Translations under genes and position numbers: made by a program
Part shown: one piece after another, positions 37,398 through 48,192 of the stretch
Position numbering within the stretch: the first letter of the stretch is position 1
Layout: each line of letters begins with the position of its first letter
The notes under the pieces: model-generated
What the model was told of the DNA's origin: nothing
What the model saw: only the letters and a program-made list of their open reading frames with translations
The model's database searches: none
From: Candidatus Anderseniibacteriota bacterium
GTDB taxonomy: Bacteria > Patescibacteriota > JAUYIX01
Assembly (NCBI GenBank): GCA_046350855.1
Contig: JAXLZM010000001.1
Coordinates: forward strand, 217,420 to 281,419
Direction of reading: 5' to 3'
Length of the DNA: 64,000 nt

Positions 37398-38267
37398 CTA
37401 TTTTTGGCTCAACGAACCAGACTCTAGCTCGGTTGCGCGCAGTTTTTCGAGGAGGGCTTGGCCGCGTTCGCCCAGACGTTCCAGTTGTGGCTCAAGTTCT
37501 TTGGTTTTGAGTTTGCCCTCAGTAACCCCTCGCTCAAGCTCCGGAACCAGGTCGTGCACCTCGGTGACAAAACGATTTTGTCGATACTCTAGAGAGAGGT
37601 AGGGTAAGGAAAACTGGGAGCGATAGCGCTCCAGTACAGCGCGGACCGCGGGGTCTTCGGCTTTGTACATCTCAAGAACAAACTCAGGATCGAGCCGTTG
37701 CACTCCCAACTCTTTTTGGAGTTCAGGGCCATGGCGCAAGACTAACTCACTCGGCAAAAGAACTTTGAGGCGCGCTAAGAATTCTTGCTGCTTGACCGGG
37801 TCGCGTTGTTGCTCAGCTTCGATAGTCTGCACGGCTTGCTCGAGGGCAAACTTGAGCTGCTCGCGTGAGAACCGCCCGAGGGTTTCTTGCTGCACGGCTT
37901 GCTCGCGGGTCTCGGCCGGTTCTTGTTCTAAGAGTGGCTCGCTCTTTTGCGTCTCGCTACCCGGCAGTTCCCCGGCCGATTCGTAGGCCGCCTCGACCAT
38001 AGCTCGTTGCTCCGCAATTTCTTGGGGCGTGGCAGCGCCCCCGGGCAGTTTTTCTAACTCTTTTTTACGGATCTCAGCGGTAACCGCTCGGGCCTTTTGT
38101 ACCGCTTTTTCGAGTTCTTCTGGTCGGGTGGTTTCGCCACCAATTTCTCGATCAAAGTCGGCCAACTCTTGGCTCTTTGTTTTTTTAGGACGTTCAGGCA
38201 CACGCAGTTTGCGCGTGATTTGATCGTCGCTCTCGACTGGATGGGGTTCGCGTGGTTCACCCGGCAT
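37398..38267 (-). CDS. Glu/Gln-rich helical hypothetical protein
   Basis: Long ORF with charged coiled-coil composition; no recognisable motif. Confidence 0.7.
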   Translation of the reverse strand: MPGEPREPHPVESDDQITRKLRVPERPKKTKSQELADFDREIGGETTRPEELEKAVQKARAVTAEIRKKELEKLPGGAATPQEIAEQRAMVEAAYESAGELPGSETQKSEPLLEQEPAETREQAVQQETLGRFSREQLKFALEQAVQTIEAEQQRDPVKQQEFLARLKVLLPSELVLRHGPELQKELGVQRLDPEFVLEMYKAEDPAVRAVLERYRSQFSLPYLSLEYRQNRFVTEVHDLVPELERGVTEGKLKTKELEPQLERLGERGQALLEKLRATELESGSLSQK

Positions 38268-38313
38268 GTTCAAAAGTTGACAAGTGAGGAAATACCTGGC
38301 ATCCTCTCAATTT

Positions 38314-40203
38314 ATGTCTCAAATTGGGAGTGCCAGTACCAATAACGATCGCATGAGCCCGTCCGCTGTGCAATCGGCAGTATCCACTTTGCGTAATGTA
38401 GCGATTATTGCACACGTTGACCATGGCAAGACCACCTTGGTAGACGCCATGCTCAAACAGACCCAAACGGTTAAACAGTCGGATGAACAAACCGGACTGA
38501 TCATGGATTCGATGGACCTCGAGCGTGAGCGCGGCATTACGATCAAGGCCAAAAACGCCAGTCTGACATATCAAGGCGTCAAAATTAATATCGTCGATAC
38601 TCCGGGGCATGCCGATTTTGGTGGCGAAGTCGAGCGCATCCTCCGTATGGTGGATGGCGTGCTGTTACTCGTCGACGCTAAAGAAGGCCCTAAGCCCCAA
38701 ACTCGTTTTGTGCTCAAAAAAGCCCTCGAGTTGGGTTTGCGTGCCATCGTGGTCGTTAATAAGATCGATCGACCGGACGCCAACCCCGAGGAGGCCGTCA
38801 ACAAGACGTTTGATTTGTTCTCCGAACTCAATGCCACCAATGAGCAGCTCGAGTTCCCAATCGTCTATGCTAGCGCACTCAATGGTCAAGCGACACTGGA
38901 TGCCGCGGAGCCGGGTCCTGATCTCAAGCCGTTGTTCGACACGATTCTTAAAGAAATCCCCGCGCCAAAAGTGTTGCAATCCGTACAACCCGCCCTCCTC
39001 GTGCTGGCCCTCAAAGAAGACTCGTATGTGGGTCGTCTCGGTATCGGTAAATTACTCGCCGGTACCTTGCGCAAAGGGCAGCGCGTGGCGTGCATTTCAA
39101 TGACGCCCGACGGCAAAAAAGACAAGGCGACCGAATCCTCCATCACGGACTTGCGTGTTTTTGAGGGACTCGGCATGCAGTCCGTGCCCCAGGTCTCAGC
39201 CGGCGAAATCGTGGCGGTCGCGGGCCTCGAGCACATCAAGATTGGTGATACCGTGACCGACCCGGCCAAGCCCACCGTTTTGGGTCCCGTCCATATCGAT
39301 CCACCCACGGTGCAGATGACCTTTGGCGTCAACACCAGCCCCTTTGCTGGTCGCGAGGGTGATAAGCTCACCAGCCGTCAGATTAAAGAGCGGCTTGAGC
39401 GCGAGCTTGAGACCAACGTCAGCTTGCGGGTAGAACCGACCGACAGCCCTGATCGTTTTTTGGTCTCGGGCCGAGGCGATTTACACTTGGCAATTTTGAT
39501 CGAGACTATGCGACGCGAAGGCTTTGAACTCCAAGTCTCCCCGCCCCGTGTTATTACTAAAAAAGAAAACGGCCAAGAGCTCGAACCATTTGAGTTTGTC
39601 AGCATCGACGTCCCGAGTGAGCACCAAGGCGCCGTCATCCAAGAGTTGGGTGCCCGGGGTGGCGAACTCAGCTTGACCGCACCCGATCAGCAAAACCAAG
39701 TCCACTTAGAGTACAGTGCCCCAACCCGCGGACTGCTTGGTCTTAAAGCCGCGCTCGCTACCAAAACGCGTGGCACCGCTCTCCTCTCGCACGTCTTTGA
39801 ATCCTACCGCCCCAAGACCTTTACCCTCCCGGCCCGCTCGCGCGGTTCGCTCATCGCCCATGAGAATGGTAAGTCACTGAGCTACGGTCTAAATAATGCC
39901 CAAGAGCGCGGCGAACTCTATATCGGCCCGGGCGTCGAAGTCTACGCCGGCATGGTGGTCGGTCGCCACAGTCGCGCCAACGATCTGGTGGTTAACATTT
40001 GCAAAGGTAAAAAGCTCACTAACATGCGGGCTAGTGGTACCGATGAAGGCATTATTTTAACCCCGCCCCGAGAGTTCACCCTGGAGGAGTCACTTGAGGA
40101 GCTCGGACCCGACGAGCTCGTCGAGGTCACACCCAAAAGTATCCGGATGCGCAAAGCAGTCCTGGATCACAACAAGCGCAAACGTACGACCGGTAACGTG
40201 TAG
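38314..40203 (+). CDS. typA: Translational GTPase TypA/BipA
   Basis: RNVAIIAHVDHGKTTLVD, ERERGITI, DTPGHADFGGEVER, NKID, KGKKLTNMRASG, LVEVTPKSIRMRK. Confidence 0.96.
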   Translation: MSQIGSASTNNDRMSPSAVQSAVSTLRNVAIIAHVDHGKTTLVDAMLKQTQTVKQSDEQTGLIMDSMDLERERGITIKAKNASLTYQGVKINIVDTPGHADFGGEVERILRMVDGVLLLVDAKEGPKPQTRFVLKKALELGLRAIVVVNKIDRPDANPEEAVNKTFDLFSELNATNEQLEFPIVYASALNGQATLDAAEPGPDLKPLFDTILKEIPAPKVLQSVQPALLVLALKEDSYVGRLGIGKLLAGTLRKGQRVACISMTPDGKKDKATESSITDLRVFEGLGMQSVPQVSAGEIVAVAGLEHIKIGDTVTDPAKPTVLGPVHIDPPTVQMTFGVNTSPFAGREGDKLTSRQIKERLERELETNVSLRVEPTDSPDRFLVSGRGDLHLAILIETMRREGFELQVSPPRVITKKENGQELEPFEFVSIDVPSEHQGAVIQELGARGGELSLTAPDQQNQVHLEYSAPTRGLLGLKAALATKTRGTALLSHVFESYRPKTFTLPARSRGSLIAHENGKSLSYGLNNAQERGELYIGPGVEVYAGMVVGRHSRANDLVVNICKGKKLTNMRASGTDEGIILTPPREFTLEESLEELGPDELVEVTPKSIRMRKAVLDHNKRKRTTGNV

Positions 40204-40222
40204 TGCAAAAGGCTAAGCCACA

Positions 40223-41146
40223 CTAGTCCGACAGGACGCAGGTTGTGACCTTGCTAAAGAAGCGCTCGAGCAACTCATCACTAAAATTATTGGTGCCCGG
40301 CATAGTGTTGGTCTCGACCAAGTAGGGCCGATGCTTTTTAACGTCGTACAAAAAATCAAAACTCATAACCCGTTTTGGAAAAACCCGTAGCGGTTCCATG
40401 AGCTGATCACAGAGCTTGAGGAGATCCGGAATATCTTTAAGACGCATCCACTCCATCGCCGCACCCATGTGCACGTTGGTGTAAAGACTGCCCGGTCGCG
40501 CCACACGGTTGTAGACGTAGATCGGTTCATCTCCAATAAAACAAACCCGATAATCTTTGAGCTCACCCTTGTTACTGGCCTGGATGAACTCCTGCTGCAC
40601 CGAAAGATGCTCTACTTTGACACGCTTTTTTTGCGTGATGGTTACATAGGTCCCGCCGGAGCCGCCAAGGGCCTTGAGCACCACGTGTTTTTTGCGCGGG
40701 TTATGGATCACACCACCAGGCAACCAGAGACGGGTCATCGGCATGGCCTTGCTAAAAATAATGGCCTGATTGAGCTTGTTATCGACCAGCTCGGAGAACT
40801 GCGGCAGGTTGATCATCCGCAAATGGGCAGCTACTTCGCGTTTTTTGGCGAGCAAGCTGACTAGTTGTTCGCCCGTCTCGGGATCATGCGTGCGGCCTTT
40901 GTCATAAATCCCGTTTGGCGTAATTGGCTTGCGAACCTTCTCCCAACGTTTACCCGCCAGGTCGTAAATCCAGTATTTGGTAAAGCGGCCTTTGTGGTAC
41001 CAATGGATCGAGGCCCGCACCAACTGTACTTTTCGGCGACGCATGACACGACCCCAAGCCGCATACGAGCGATCTAACCCATTGGTCTCGAGTGGCTGGG
41101 TACGATACCAATCGTCACCTGTATAGAGGTTTAAGAGAGACTTCAT
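40223..41146 (-). CDS. ATP-grasp domain protein (RimK/YheCD-like)
   Basis: DNK, VVLKALGGSGG, QEFI, DYRV, TNVHMG, DF...LVETNTMPG. Confidence 0.75.
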   Translation of the reverse strand: MKSLLNLYTGDDWYRTQPLETNGLDRSYAAWGRVMRRRKVQLVRASIHWYHKGRFTKYWIYDLAGKRWEKVRKPITPNGIYDKGRTHDPETGEQLVSLLAKKREVAAHLRMINLPQFSELVDNKLNQAIIFSKAMPMTRLWLPGGVIHNPRKKHVVLKALGGSGGTYVTITQKKRVKVEHLSVQQEFIQASNKGELKDYRVCFIGDEPIYVYNRVARPGSLYTNVHMGAAMEWMRLKDIPDLLKLCDQLMEPLRVFPKRVMSFDFLYDVKKHRPYLVETNTMPGTNNFSDELLERFFSKVTTCVLSD

Positions 41147-41170
41147 CTGGTGTCTGAACTACGTCGCGGC

Positions 41171-42352
41171 CTATTTGCTCGTGCCAGCTTTACGTTCTGC
41201 ACGCAAAACCTGGAGCTTGGCTCCAAGTGCAGCCGGCACAATCAGCAAGAGCAGGAGCATGCCGACAAACGGGATCCAAGCGATCAGTTTGAGCGCGACC
41301 AAGAGCCCAAGCGCCACAAAAAAGGTGGCCCACTTGCCAAACTGTTTGGTGCGGCGCAGATCGATCCATTTAGTCAGGACGAGAGCCGCAATGATCGGAG
41401 CGGCGTACATAATAAAGCCGTACATCGCCAGGACAAATAACCCGATCGGGAGCCCGATCAAGGTCACGCAGAGCAAGAGGCCGAGGACCGGGGTGACGAT
41501 GTAGAAGATCAGACCGGTCAAGAGGCTCTTCCAGTACTGCGCGCTCAAAAGACGGGCGGCTTTCTCGGACTTATTGTCTTTATCAAAGTGTACAAAGAGC
41601 GCCAAGACCAAGGCGGCCGAGAGGAGCGAGAACAGCATGAACATCAACAAGGGGCCGGCAAAGGCGCCGTCTTGCTGCTTGATGGCGAGGCTATCGTCAA
41701 AGGTAAAGCTGCCGCCTTTAAGTGCGTTATCGGCGCTGATCGCGCCTTTCTCCTGCCAGTAACGGACATCTCCAGCAATTTGAGCCTTGTCACCAACTAC
41801 TACTTGGCGTGCAGCGAGCTGGGAGTCAGCGTTGAGTTTGCCGTTAATCGTAATGCGATCGGCTTGCACAAAAACTGGACCGTCAAAGGTTCCGTTGAGC
41901 TGGACATCTCCGGCTCCAATGCGCGTGGTGCCTGAGACGGTTCCATCTAAGATAAGCGCGCCACCCGCGATACTGAGATCTCCGGAGACTTTGGAGGCGT
42001 CACTAAAATGGATCGTGCCACCTGCGACCATAGCGTCGTCGCCCACTTGGCCGTTGATCGTGATCGTACCGCCACCAACGCGGAGGTCATCTTGTACGTT
42101 GCCTACCGTAATCGTGCCACCCGTCAAGTTGGCATCTTGCTTGACCGTACCATCCAAGGTGATGATCCCGGCCATACCAAACACATCGCCATCGACTTCG
42201 CCTTTGACGGTTAGGTTCTGCCCCGCGGCATAGAGATCCTCGGAGAGCTTGTCTTGCTGGGTGATCGACTCACCCGACTTAAATTGAGCGGCAGATGCCG
42301 AAAACGGCACTACCAGCACGGCTACGATGATGAGATAAAAAATGCGTTTCAT
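41171..42352 (-). CDS. Secreted beta-helix (polymer-forming/bactofilin-like) protein with C-terminal membrane domain
   Basis: Signal peptide; repeated G.V.GD...AGG units; four C-terminal TMs (TLIGLPIG, IPFVG). Confidence 0.75.
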   Translation of the reverse strand: MKRIFYLIIVAVLVVPFSASAAQFKSGESITQQDKLSEDLYAAGQNLTVKGEVDGDVFGMAGIITLDGTVKQDANLTGGTITVGNVQDDLRVGGGTITINGQVGDDAMVAGGTIHFSDASKVSGDLSIAGGALILDGTVSGTTRIGAGDVQLNGTFDGPVFVQADRITINGKLNADSQLAARQVVVGDKAQIAGDVRYWQEKGAISADNALKGGSFTFDDSLAIKQQDGAFAGPLLMFMLFSLLSAALVLALFVHFDKDNKSEKAARLLSAQYWKSLLTGLIFYIVTPVLGLLLCVTLIGLPIGLFVLAMYGFIMYAAPIIAALVLTKWIDLRRTKQFGKWATFFVALGLLVALKLIAWIPFVGMLLLLLIVPAALGAKLQVLRAERKAGTSK

Positions 42353-42395
42353 ATGGCCAGTATGCCGCACCTGCCCGACGGGTGCAATGGAGGAG

Positions 42396-43214
42396 TTACG
42401 GGCGCTTTGTACCCCGCCGGAGCAGCAGGCAGAACAGAAAGATCCCAAGTGCAATCAGGACGATCGTGCCGCCCGTGGCAGTGTTGAGATAAAAGGAGGT
42501 CACGATCCCGAGCACAACCGAGAGCACCGAGAATAGTTCGGCATACAAGATGGTCTGCCCAAAGCTTTTTTTGAGCTGCAGAGCGGCCAGAACTGGAATC
42601 ACGATCAGGGCCGCGATCAGGAGCACGCCAACCACTGGGATCGAGACCGAGACGACCAGAGCGGCCAGGATGATCAACATCGAGTTGATAAAGCGCGTTG
42701 GGATACCACTGACTTGCGCGGCCTCCTCATCAAAACTGATAAAAAGCAGCTCTTTGTAAAAAAGTACCAGCGCGATCAGGACCAGGCAGGCCAAAAGCGC
42801 GATGGTGTAGACGTCTCGCGTCGTGACCGTCAAAATGCTCCCAAATAAATAGTTGAACAAGTTAGCATTAAAGCCGTTACCGAGACTGAGCAACACCGTG
42901 GCCAAGGCCAGACTCCCCGACAAAAAGAGAGCCAAAGCCGACTCCCCGTAGACTTTTTTGCTGACCCGCAGGCGGTCGATACCAATCGAGGAGATAACGG
43001 TTACTCCGAGCGCCGTAAAAATCGGATTAATCCCAAGCAACAGACCCAGAGCAATACCGCCCAAGGAGACATGGGCCAGTGTATCCGCGATCAAGGAGTA
43101 GCGCCGCAACACTAAAAAAATACCAATGAGCGGCGCGATCAGGGCCACGACCACCCCTGCCGCTAAGCCGCGTTGGACAAAATCGTAGCTAAAGAGCGCT
43201 AGTAATTCCGTCAT
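42396..43214 (-). CDS. znuB: Zn/Mn ABC transporter permease
   Basis: RRYSLIADTLAHVSLGG, YLFGSI, FDEEAA, VGVLL. Confidence 0.9.
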   Translation of the reverse strand: MTELLALFSYDFVQRGLAAGVVVALIAPLIGIFLVLRRYSLIADTLAHVSLGGIALGLLLGINPIFTALGVTVISSIGIDRLRVSKKVYGESALALFLSGSLALATVLLSLGNGFNANLFNYLFGSILTVTTRDVYTIALLACLVLIALVLFYKELLFISFDEEAAQVSGIPTRFINSMLIILAALVVSVSIPVVGVLLIAALIVIPVLAALQLKKSFGQTILYAELFSVLSVVLGIVTSFYLNTATGGTIVLIALGIFLFCLLLRRGTKRP

Positions 43215-43954
43215 ACCGAGCGGGCCTTAGGTTCTGCCGCAAAAAACTCGTGCACCGTGTCATAAAAACGCAGCCGCTCGTCCAAGTACGCGATGTGCAT
43301 GGCCTCGTGCGCGATGGTCTGGATATCGTGGGTAATCAAAATGATCGTGAGGTGCAGTTCCTCGTTGAGTTTTTTGAGGAGCTGGTAAAACTCCTGCTTA
43401 ATGCGTTCATCCACACTGACGGTCGGTTCGTCCAAAAAAAGGACCTCGGGATCACTGGCCAGGGCTCGGGCAATAAAGACACGCTGCTGCTGTCCACCCG
43501 AGAGGTCCCCAATGAGACGCTGACGGTAGGGCCAGAGTTCGACCTGCTTGAGGGCTTGGCGGGTTTTGGCGCGGTCCTCGGGACTCGGGTGGCGGAGTAA
43601 CCCGACCCGGGCGTAGCGGCCCATCAAGACGACTTGTTCGACCGTGACCGGAAAACTGGTATCAAACTGGGTGGCGCGTTGCGAGACGTAGCCGATCCGT
43701 GGCCACTCGTTAAACTGCGTTTGTGCCTCGCCAAAGAGCGTAATCGTGCCGCGGGTGGGTTTGAGCAACCCCAAAATCAATTTGACCAGGGTGGTTTTAC
43801 CCGAGCCGTTAGAACCCACCAAGGCCAAGTAGTCCCCCCGATGGATGGTGAGGTTGACGTCCGTCAGAACGGCGCGCTGATCATAGGCAAACGAGACGTG
43901 CGAGACTTGAAGCACGTTCTCGACGTTGGCAGGGTGACGCTTTAGCTTTGGCAT
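43211..43954 (-). CDS. znuC: Zn/Mn ABC transporter ATPase
   Basis: GSNGSGKTT, LSGGQQQR, LDEP, ITHD. Confidence 0.9.
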   Translation of the reverse strand: MPKLKRHPANVENVLQVSHVSFAYDQRAVLTDVNLTIHRGDYLALVGSNGSGKTTLVKLILGLLKPTRGTITLFGEAQTQFNEWPRIGYVSQRATQFDTSFPVTVEQVVLMGRYARVGLLRHPSPEDRAKTRQALKQVELWPYRQRLIGDLSGGQQQRVFIARALASDPEVLFLDEPTVSVDERIKQEFYQLLKKLNEELHLTIILITHDIQTIAHEAMHIAYLDERLRFYDTVHEFFAAEPKARSV

Positions 43955-44868
43955 CCCAGTGCAGTTTGTAGGTTGTGCAAGTTATCCTCCATTTGCGTAA
44001 AGTAATTTTTGCCGGCCGCTAGATCATCCTGATGCAAGCCCTCCAGCGGATCAAGCACGAGCGTTTGAGCACCGACTTCTTGGGCCAGAGTCTCGGCCAA
44101 TTTGGGACTAACGAGACTTTCAAAAAAGATGTAACGGATCTTATTGACTCGAGCGAACTCTGCCAAATCCGCCAGCTGCTGGGGCGAGGGTTCAGCCTCG
44201 GGCGAGATGCCCGTGAGAGCCACTTGGTTGAGCTTGTAGGTGCTAGCCAAGTAGCCAAAAGCGACGTGCGTGGTGATGAGGTCGTGCTGCTGGCAGCTCG
44301 CAAGCCCTGTGCGGTAGGCGGTGTCGAGCTTGACCAAACGACTTTTTAGTTGGGCCGCGTTGCGGTCGTACAGATCCGCGTTGGCGGGGTCGATCTCTTG
44401 CAGGGCTTGTGCGATCCGGTCGGTAATTTTTTGGGCTAAGACGGGTGAGAGCCAAACATGGGGGTCAGTGACGGTCTGGCCCTCCTCAACTACGGTTTGC
44501 GTGGCAAGGTCCTGGCCGGTCACGAGCACACGGGTCTGCGTTTGATCGAGGTTACTGGTGACATCCGCGGCCCAGGGTTCTAGACCAGCACCGTTAAGGA
44601 GTAAGAGGCGACTCGAGACTACCGTTGCGACCTGTTGGGGAGTTAATTCGTATTCGTGTGGTTCAGCCCCGGCAGGGGTGAGATTAGTGACCATGATTTT
44701 GCCGCCACCGATTTGTTCAGCAAAAAAGGCCAGAGGGTAAAAACTAGCGCTTACCGACAGACGCGTGTCCCTTGGAGCCCGATTGCTGCGGGCGTACCAG
44801 ACGATACCAGTGCCAAGCACAACGACTATGAGACCGAACCAAAACAGTTTGAGGCCGGGGGACTTCAT
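43942..44868 (-). CDS. znuA: Zn ABC transporter substrate-binding protein
   Basis: GAEPHEYE, DPHVWLSP, HVAFGYLA, EAEPS, LDPLE. Confidence 0.9.
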   Translation of the reverse strand: MKSPGLKLFWFGLIVVVLGTGIVWYARSNRAPRDTRLSVSASFYPLAFFAEQIGGGKIMVTNLTPAGAEPHEYELTPQQVATVVSSRLLLLNGAGLEPWAADVTSNLDQTQTRVLVTGQDLATQTVVEEGQTVTDPHVWLSPVLAQKITDRIAQALQEIDPANADLYDRNAAQLKSRLVKLDTAYRTGLASCQQHDLITTHVAFGYLASTYKLNQVALTGISPEAEPSPQQLADLAEFARVNKIRYIFFESLVSPKLAETLAQEVGAQTLVLDPLEGLHQDDLAAGKNYFTQMEDNLHNLQTALGCQS

Positions 44869-45317
44869 GCCAAGTTGGCACAGCTAGTACACGTGGCAAA
44901 AAACTCCAGCGCGTGCGTACTGATCGAACTAAAGTTTTTGGAGTGTTTGAGGATTTGTTTTTCCAGCGGGCGCGCGTTGCAGGCCTCGACATCCTCAACC
45001 AAGCCGCAGCTTTTACAGATGACATGGTGATGGTGCGGTTTTTGCGCGATCAACTCGTAGTGCGCGTGCTGGTGCTCAAAGTTAACCGGCCGTACCAGGC
45101 CAGCGCGCATGAGATCTTCCAGAGCTCGGTAGATCGTGGTTTGGTTGACGCTCTGGCGCAGGCTTTTGAGCTTTTGTTGGAGCTCCGCGATACTGAGCGC
45201 AGTTTGGTCGGCGGCTAAAATGCGCAGCAAGCCGATCCGGCGGGGAGTTGCTTTACACCCGGCCGAACGCAGGAGTCCAGCGAGGGCTTGGTCGGATTGG
45301 GTGGTCGTGTGCGGCAC
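44865..45317 (-). CDS. Fur-family regulator, probably Zur
   Basis: TPRR, TIYRAL, HHHVICKSCG, CTSC; first gene of the znu operon. Confidence 0.88.
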   Translation of the reverse strand: MPHTTTQSDQALAGLLRSAGCKATPRRIGLLRILAADQTALSIAELQQKLKSLRQSVNQTTIYRALEDLMRAGLVRPVNFEHQHAHYELIAQKPHHHHVICKSCGLVEDVEACNARPLEKQILKHSKNFSSISTHALEFFATCTSCANLA

Positions 45318-45323
45318 AAACCG

Positions 45324-45352
45324 ACTCTACCGCAAACGCAAAAAACTTGCAA
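45324..45352 (-). promoter_or_regulatory. Leaderless promoter of the zur-znuACB operon
   Basis: TTGCAA-17-TAGAGT, 6 nt before the GTG start. Confidence 0.6.
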
Positions 45353-45415
45353 CTATGCACACCGGCGGGGGAGCAGGGTCACGCCGATTCCGGGAGTTTT
45401 GGGTTCAACCTGCTG

Positions 45416-47011
45416 TTAATCGATAATCCGCTCAGAGCGCTCGCGGGCAAAACTAAACCATTCTTCAATCGCGTAGGTAAAAGCTTTGAGCGGGGCCTCG
45501 AGTACGAGGTCAAAGAAAAACAAAAATAGGTTGTAGCGCCGGAAGTTGGTCGAGAACCAGCGGCCGAGTTCAATCATGGGGTTAGCCAAAAAGAGTAAAA
45601 GCGTGCCAAAGAACGTATCGGCCTTGCGCGCCATAAAGTACTCCCCTGCTCGGATCCGCAACCGAATCCCGACAAACGTCACGAGCGATAAGAAAAAGAT
45701 AAAGAGCACACCGGCCATGAGCGTAAATTGGAGCGCGTGCAAAGCCCAGATGATCAACCCAAGCGTAATCGCAAAGGTCAAAACGGAGAGGATCCCCAGG
45801 ACCACACGCGTGGTCGGTCCACGCCGACTCAAAAAGCGTAGGTAATAATGTTGCGGGCGCTTAGCAGCACTCAAGGTCGCCCATAAATCAGCCACGATGC
45901 GCTTACTGTTTTCTTTGCCCGGGAATCGCACAAAAGTCCCGAGCGCAAAAAGCAAAAGCGGGTGGAACAGCACATTGATCCCCAGCGGCAGGTAATTGAT
46001 TTTGTCCGCAATCCAAAGGTCATACGGAATCTCCAAGGCCAACGCCACCAGCATCTTAGTAATAAAGATGAACAAAATACTGCGGAAGGTCCGGCGTCGC
46101 ACGGCTCGCTTATTTTGTTTGTAGTAGCCCTCGATCACTTTAAGGGCATCTTTGATAAAGGTCGGTTCATCCGTAAAACGCTCGGCCGCCTCGTGAGGAT
46201 GTTGGCGCACCATGTCGAGCAAAACCTGGTACGGAATGGTCATGCGTCGTACTTTACTGGCGAGCTGCCCCGCGTAGGGGTGGTCGAGCTGCTGACGGAC
46301 CCGGTCCCGGTACTCCAGCAAGTGCTGCGCGAGCTGGGCCGCCTCGCCGGCCGTTTTGTCGTTCCAGCCGGGGAGATATGAGGTCAGGAGGTGGAACTCC
46401 ACCAAACGTGTATCCGACTTAAAGACCGCACGGTGCAGAGCGATGTACAGCTGCAGCTCCCGCTCGGACGCGGCAAAGGCATCGTCGTCCCACTTGATGC
46501 GAGTTTTGAGTTCTGCAAAAGCAAATTGGATGAGGGCCTCCTCGCGCGTCGGGTCGTAAATGATCTGCTCGATCTCGGCCGAGGCCAGACCTAAGCCCCA
46601 GGTCCAAGTTGTGCGGGGGTTTTCGGCTGGCAACCGATTTTGAAGCTCCTCACAAATGCGGCGATACTTTTGGATGGCGCGCTCCACACGCGGAACTTGG
46701 TTCTCCGGAAACGTGTTGTTAGGAATATACCCGGCGCGGATAAGCTCACGGATGAGCAGTTCTCCCAAATCGTGCGAACCGTTGCGATAAATCAAAATGT
46801 GGCGGCGCAAAAAACGGTGGATGGCGTTGCGACGCAAGAGGTGCTGGTCGGTACTGTCGACGGTGTTGCGCAGCTGCTCGTAGAGACGCGCGATCGAGCT
46901 GGAGAGTTTGTCGGTTTGGACCTTGGGCAACTCTTCAAAATCGGCCGGGAGCAGCGAGTGCTTGGCAGCAAACGAGATAAATTGTTGCGCCTGGGGGGTA
47001 AAACCGGCCAT
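45416..47011 (-). CDS. Conserved hypothetical membrane protein
   Basis: Large helical N-terminal domain and C-terminal TMs; no motif assigned. Confidence 0.75.
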   Translation of the reverse strand: MAGFTPQAQQFISFAAKHSLLPADFEELPKVQTDKLSSSIARLYEQLRNTVDSTDQHLLRRNAIHRFLRRHILIYRNGSHDLGELLIRELIRAGYIPNNTFPENQVPRVERAIQKYRRICEELQNRLPAENPRTTWTWGLGLASAEIEQIIYDPTREEALIQFAFAELKTRIKWDDDAFAASERELQLYIALHRAVFKSDTRLVEFHLLTSYLPGWNDKTAGEAAQLAQHLLEYRDRVRQQLDHPYAGQLASKVRRMTIPYQVLLDMVRQHPHEAAERFTDEPTFIKDALKVIEGYYKQNKRAVRRRTFRSILFIFITKMLVALALEIPYDLWIADKINYLPLGINVLFHPLLLFALGTFVRFPGKENSKRIVADLWATLSAAKRPQHYYLRFLSRRGPTTRVVLGILSVLTFAITLGLIIWALHALQFTLMAGVLFIFFLSLVTFVGIRLRIRAGEYFMARKADTFFGTLLLFLANPMIELGRWFSTNFRRYNLFLFFFDLVLEAPLKAFTYAIEEWFSFARERSERIID

Positions 47012-47112
47012 GATCAAAGAGTCAGTTCTACGACAGTATAGCGGCATTGTCAACGCGTCGCCACAGACTTTTAGGCAGGCAGAACCACCGACTTTTTGAG
47101 GGAAAGTGTACT

Positions 47113-47146
47113 AAGAAAAAGGCCAGATGCACGCGTGCATCTGGCC
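47113..47146 (-). terminator. Intrinsic terminator (perfect 26-bp palindrome plus U tract)
   Basis: GGCCAGATGCACGCGTGCATCTGGCC followed by TTTTTCTT on the minus strand. Confidence 0.7.
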
Positions 47147-47173
47147 GTCTGCGAGTTCCCCATGCCCTTGATC

Positions 47174-48118
47174 TCACTGTTTCTCCGTGAGACGTCGCCG
47201 GTTAAAGTCGCGCTGCAGGTCACTCACGCCTCGCAAAGCCTTAGAAGCGAGCGCTTGGCGATAGATCAGATTGGCCTCATCGTACGAGAGTCCCTCACTC
47301 ATTGAGCTCAGGATCATGTTGGCTCGCTCGTAGGACTCTAGTGAGTCACCCATGTCCAGCCAAGGTCCGTCCACCATCTTGAGGTCGAGCGTACCAAGCT
47401 CCACGTAGCGTTGGTTGACCTCGGAGATCTCGTACTCACCACGAGGCGAGGGCTTGATTTCCCGAATCACATCAAACACCGTGGCAGCTTCGTACACGTA
47501 CACACCAGTGACGATCGTGTTTGAGCCGATGTACTCGGTGGGTTTTTCTTGGATCTTGATCACCCGACCGTTCGCGTCCATGACAGCTACCCCAAACTTT
47601 TGCCAATCGTCGACACGATAGCCGTAGATGCGTGCTCCGTGACCGTCGCGCTCCTTGATAAAGTCTTGAACGATGGTGTTCATCCCCTCGCCCAAAAACA
47701 TGTTGTCACCCAGTATGACCACGATGATGGCGTCCTTGGGAATGACCCCTTCCAACTGACGGAGTGCGTCGGCAATCCCCTTGGCATCATCCTGGTTACG
47801 AGTAAAGAAGTCTGGGATTGGGCAGCCGTCTGGCACAAAGGGATAGTGAGTGCCGCTGCCCAGATAGCGACCGACGGCGGACATGTGCTCACCACCCGTG
47901 ACCACGTGAATCAGTTGGATCTTGTTGCGTAAGAGCGTCTGAATCGGCCAGTCCAACATGACGGCACCGATACGTTTGCCGAGCGTAGCGTACTCATGCG
48001 GTACGCGATTGAGCATCGCGCCCATAGAGAGTAGGTGCTTGTTGGTGGTCTTGGTCAACGGCCAAAGGCGCGTACCCATGCCACCCACGAGCAAAACTCC
48101 GATCACCGGTCTATTCAT
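47174..48118 (-). CDS. Glucose-1-phosphate thymidylyltransferase-like (RfbA/SpsI)
   Basis: GGMGTRLWPLT..TNKHLL, GIADA, ILGDN, FGV, EKP, PSPRGEYEISEVN, WLDMG. Confidence 0.85.
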   Translation of the reverse strand: MNRPVIGVLLVGGMGTRLWPLTKTTNKHLLSMGAMLNRVPHEYATLGKRIGAVMLDWPIQTLLRNKIQLIHVVTGGEHMSAVGRYLGSGTHYPFVPDGCPIPDFFTRNQDDAKGIADALRQLEGVIPKDAIIVVILGDNMFLGEGMNTIVQDFIKERDGHGARIYGYRVDDWQKFGVAVMDANGRVIKIQEKPTEYIGSNTIVTGVYVYEAATVFDVIREIKPSPRGEYEISEVNQRYVELGTLDLKMVDGPWLDMGDSLESYERANMILSSMSEGLSYDEANLIYRQALASKALRGVSDLQRDFNRRRLTEKQ

Positions 48119-48192
48119 TTGTTGTAAGAGCACCTCCTGCCGGCCGGATGCTAGCACTGTCCTTTGGGCTTAGCTAGAGGTAGGATTCTAGT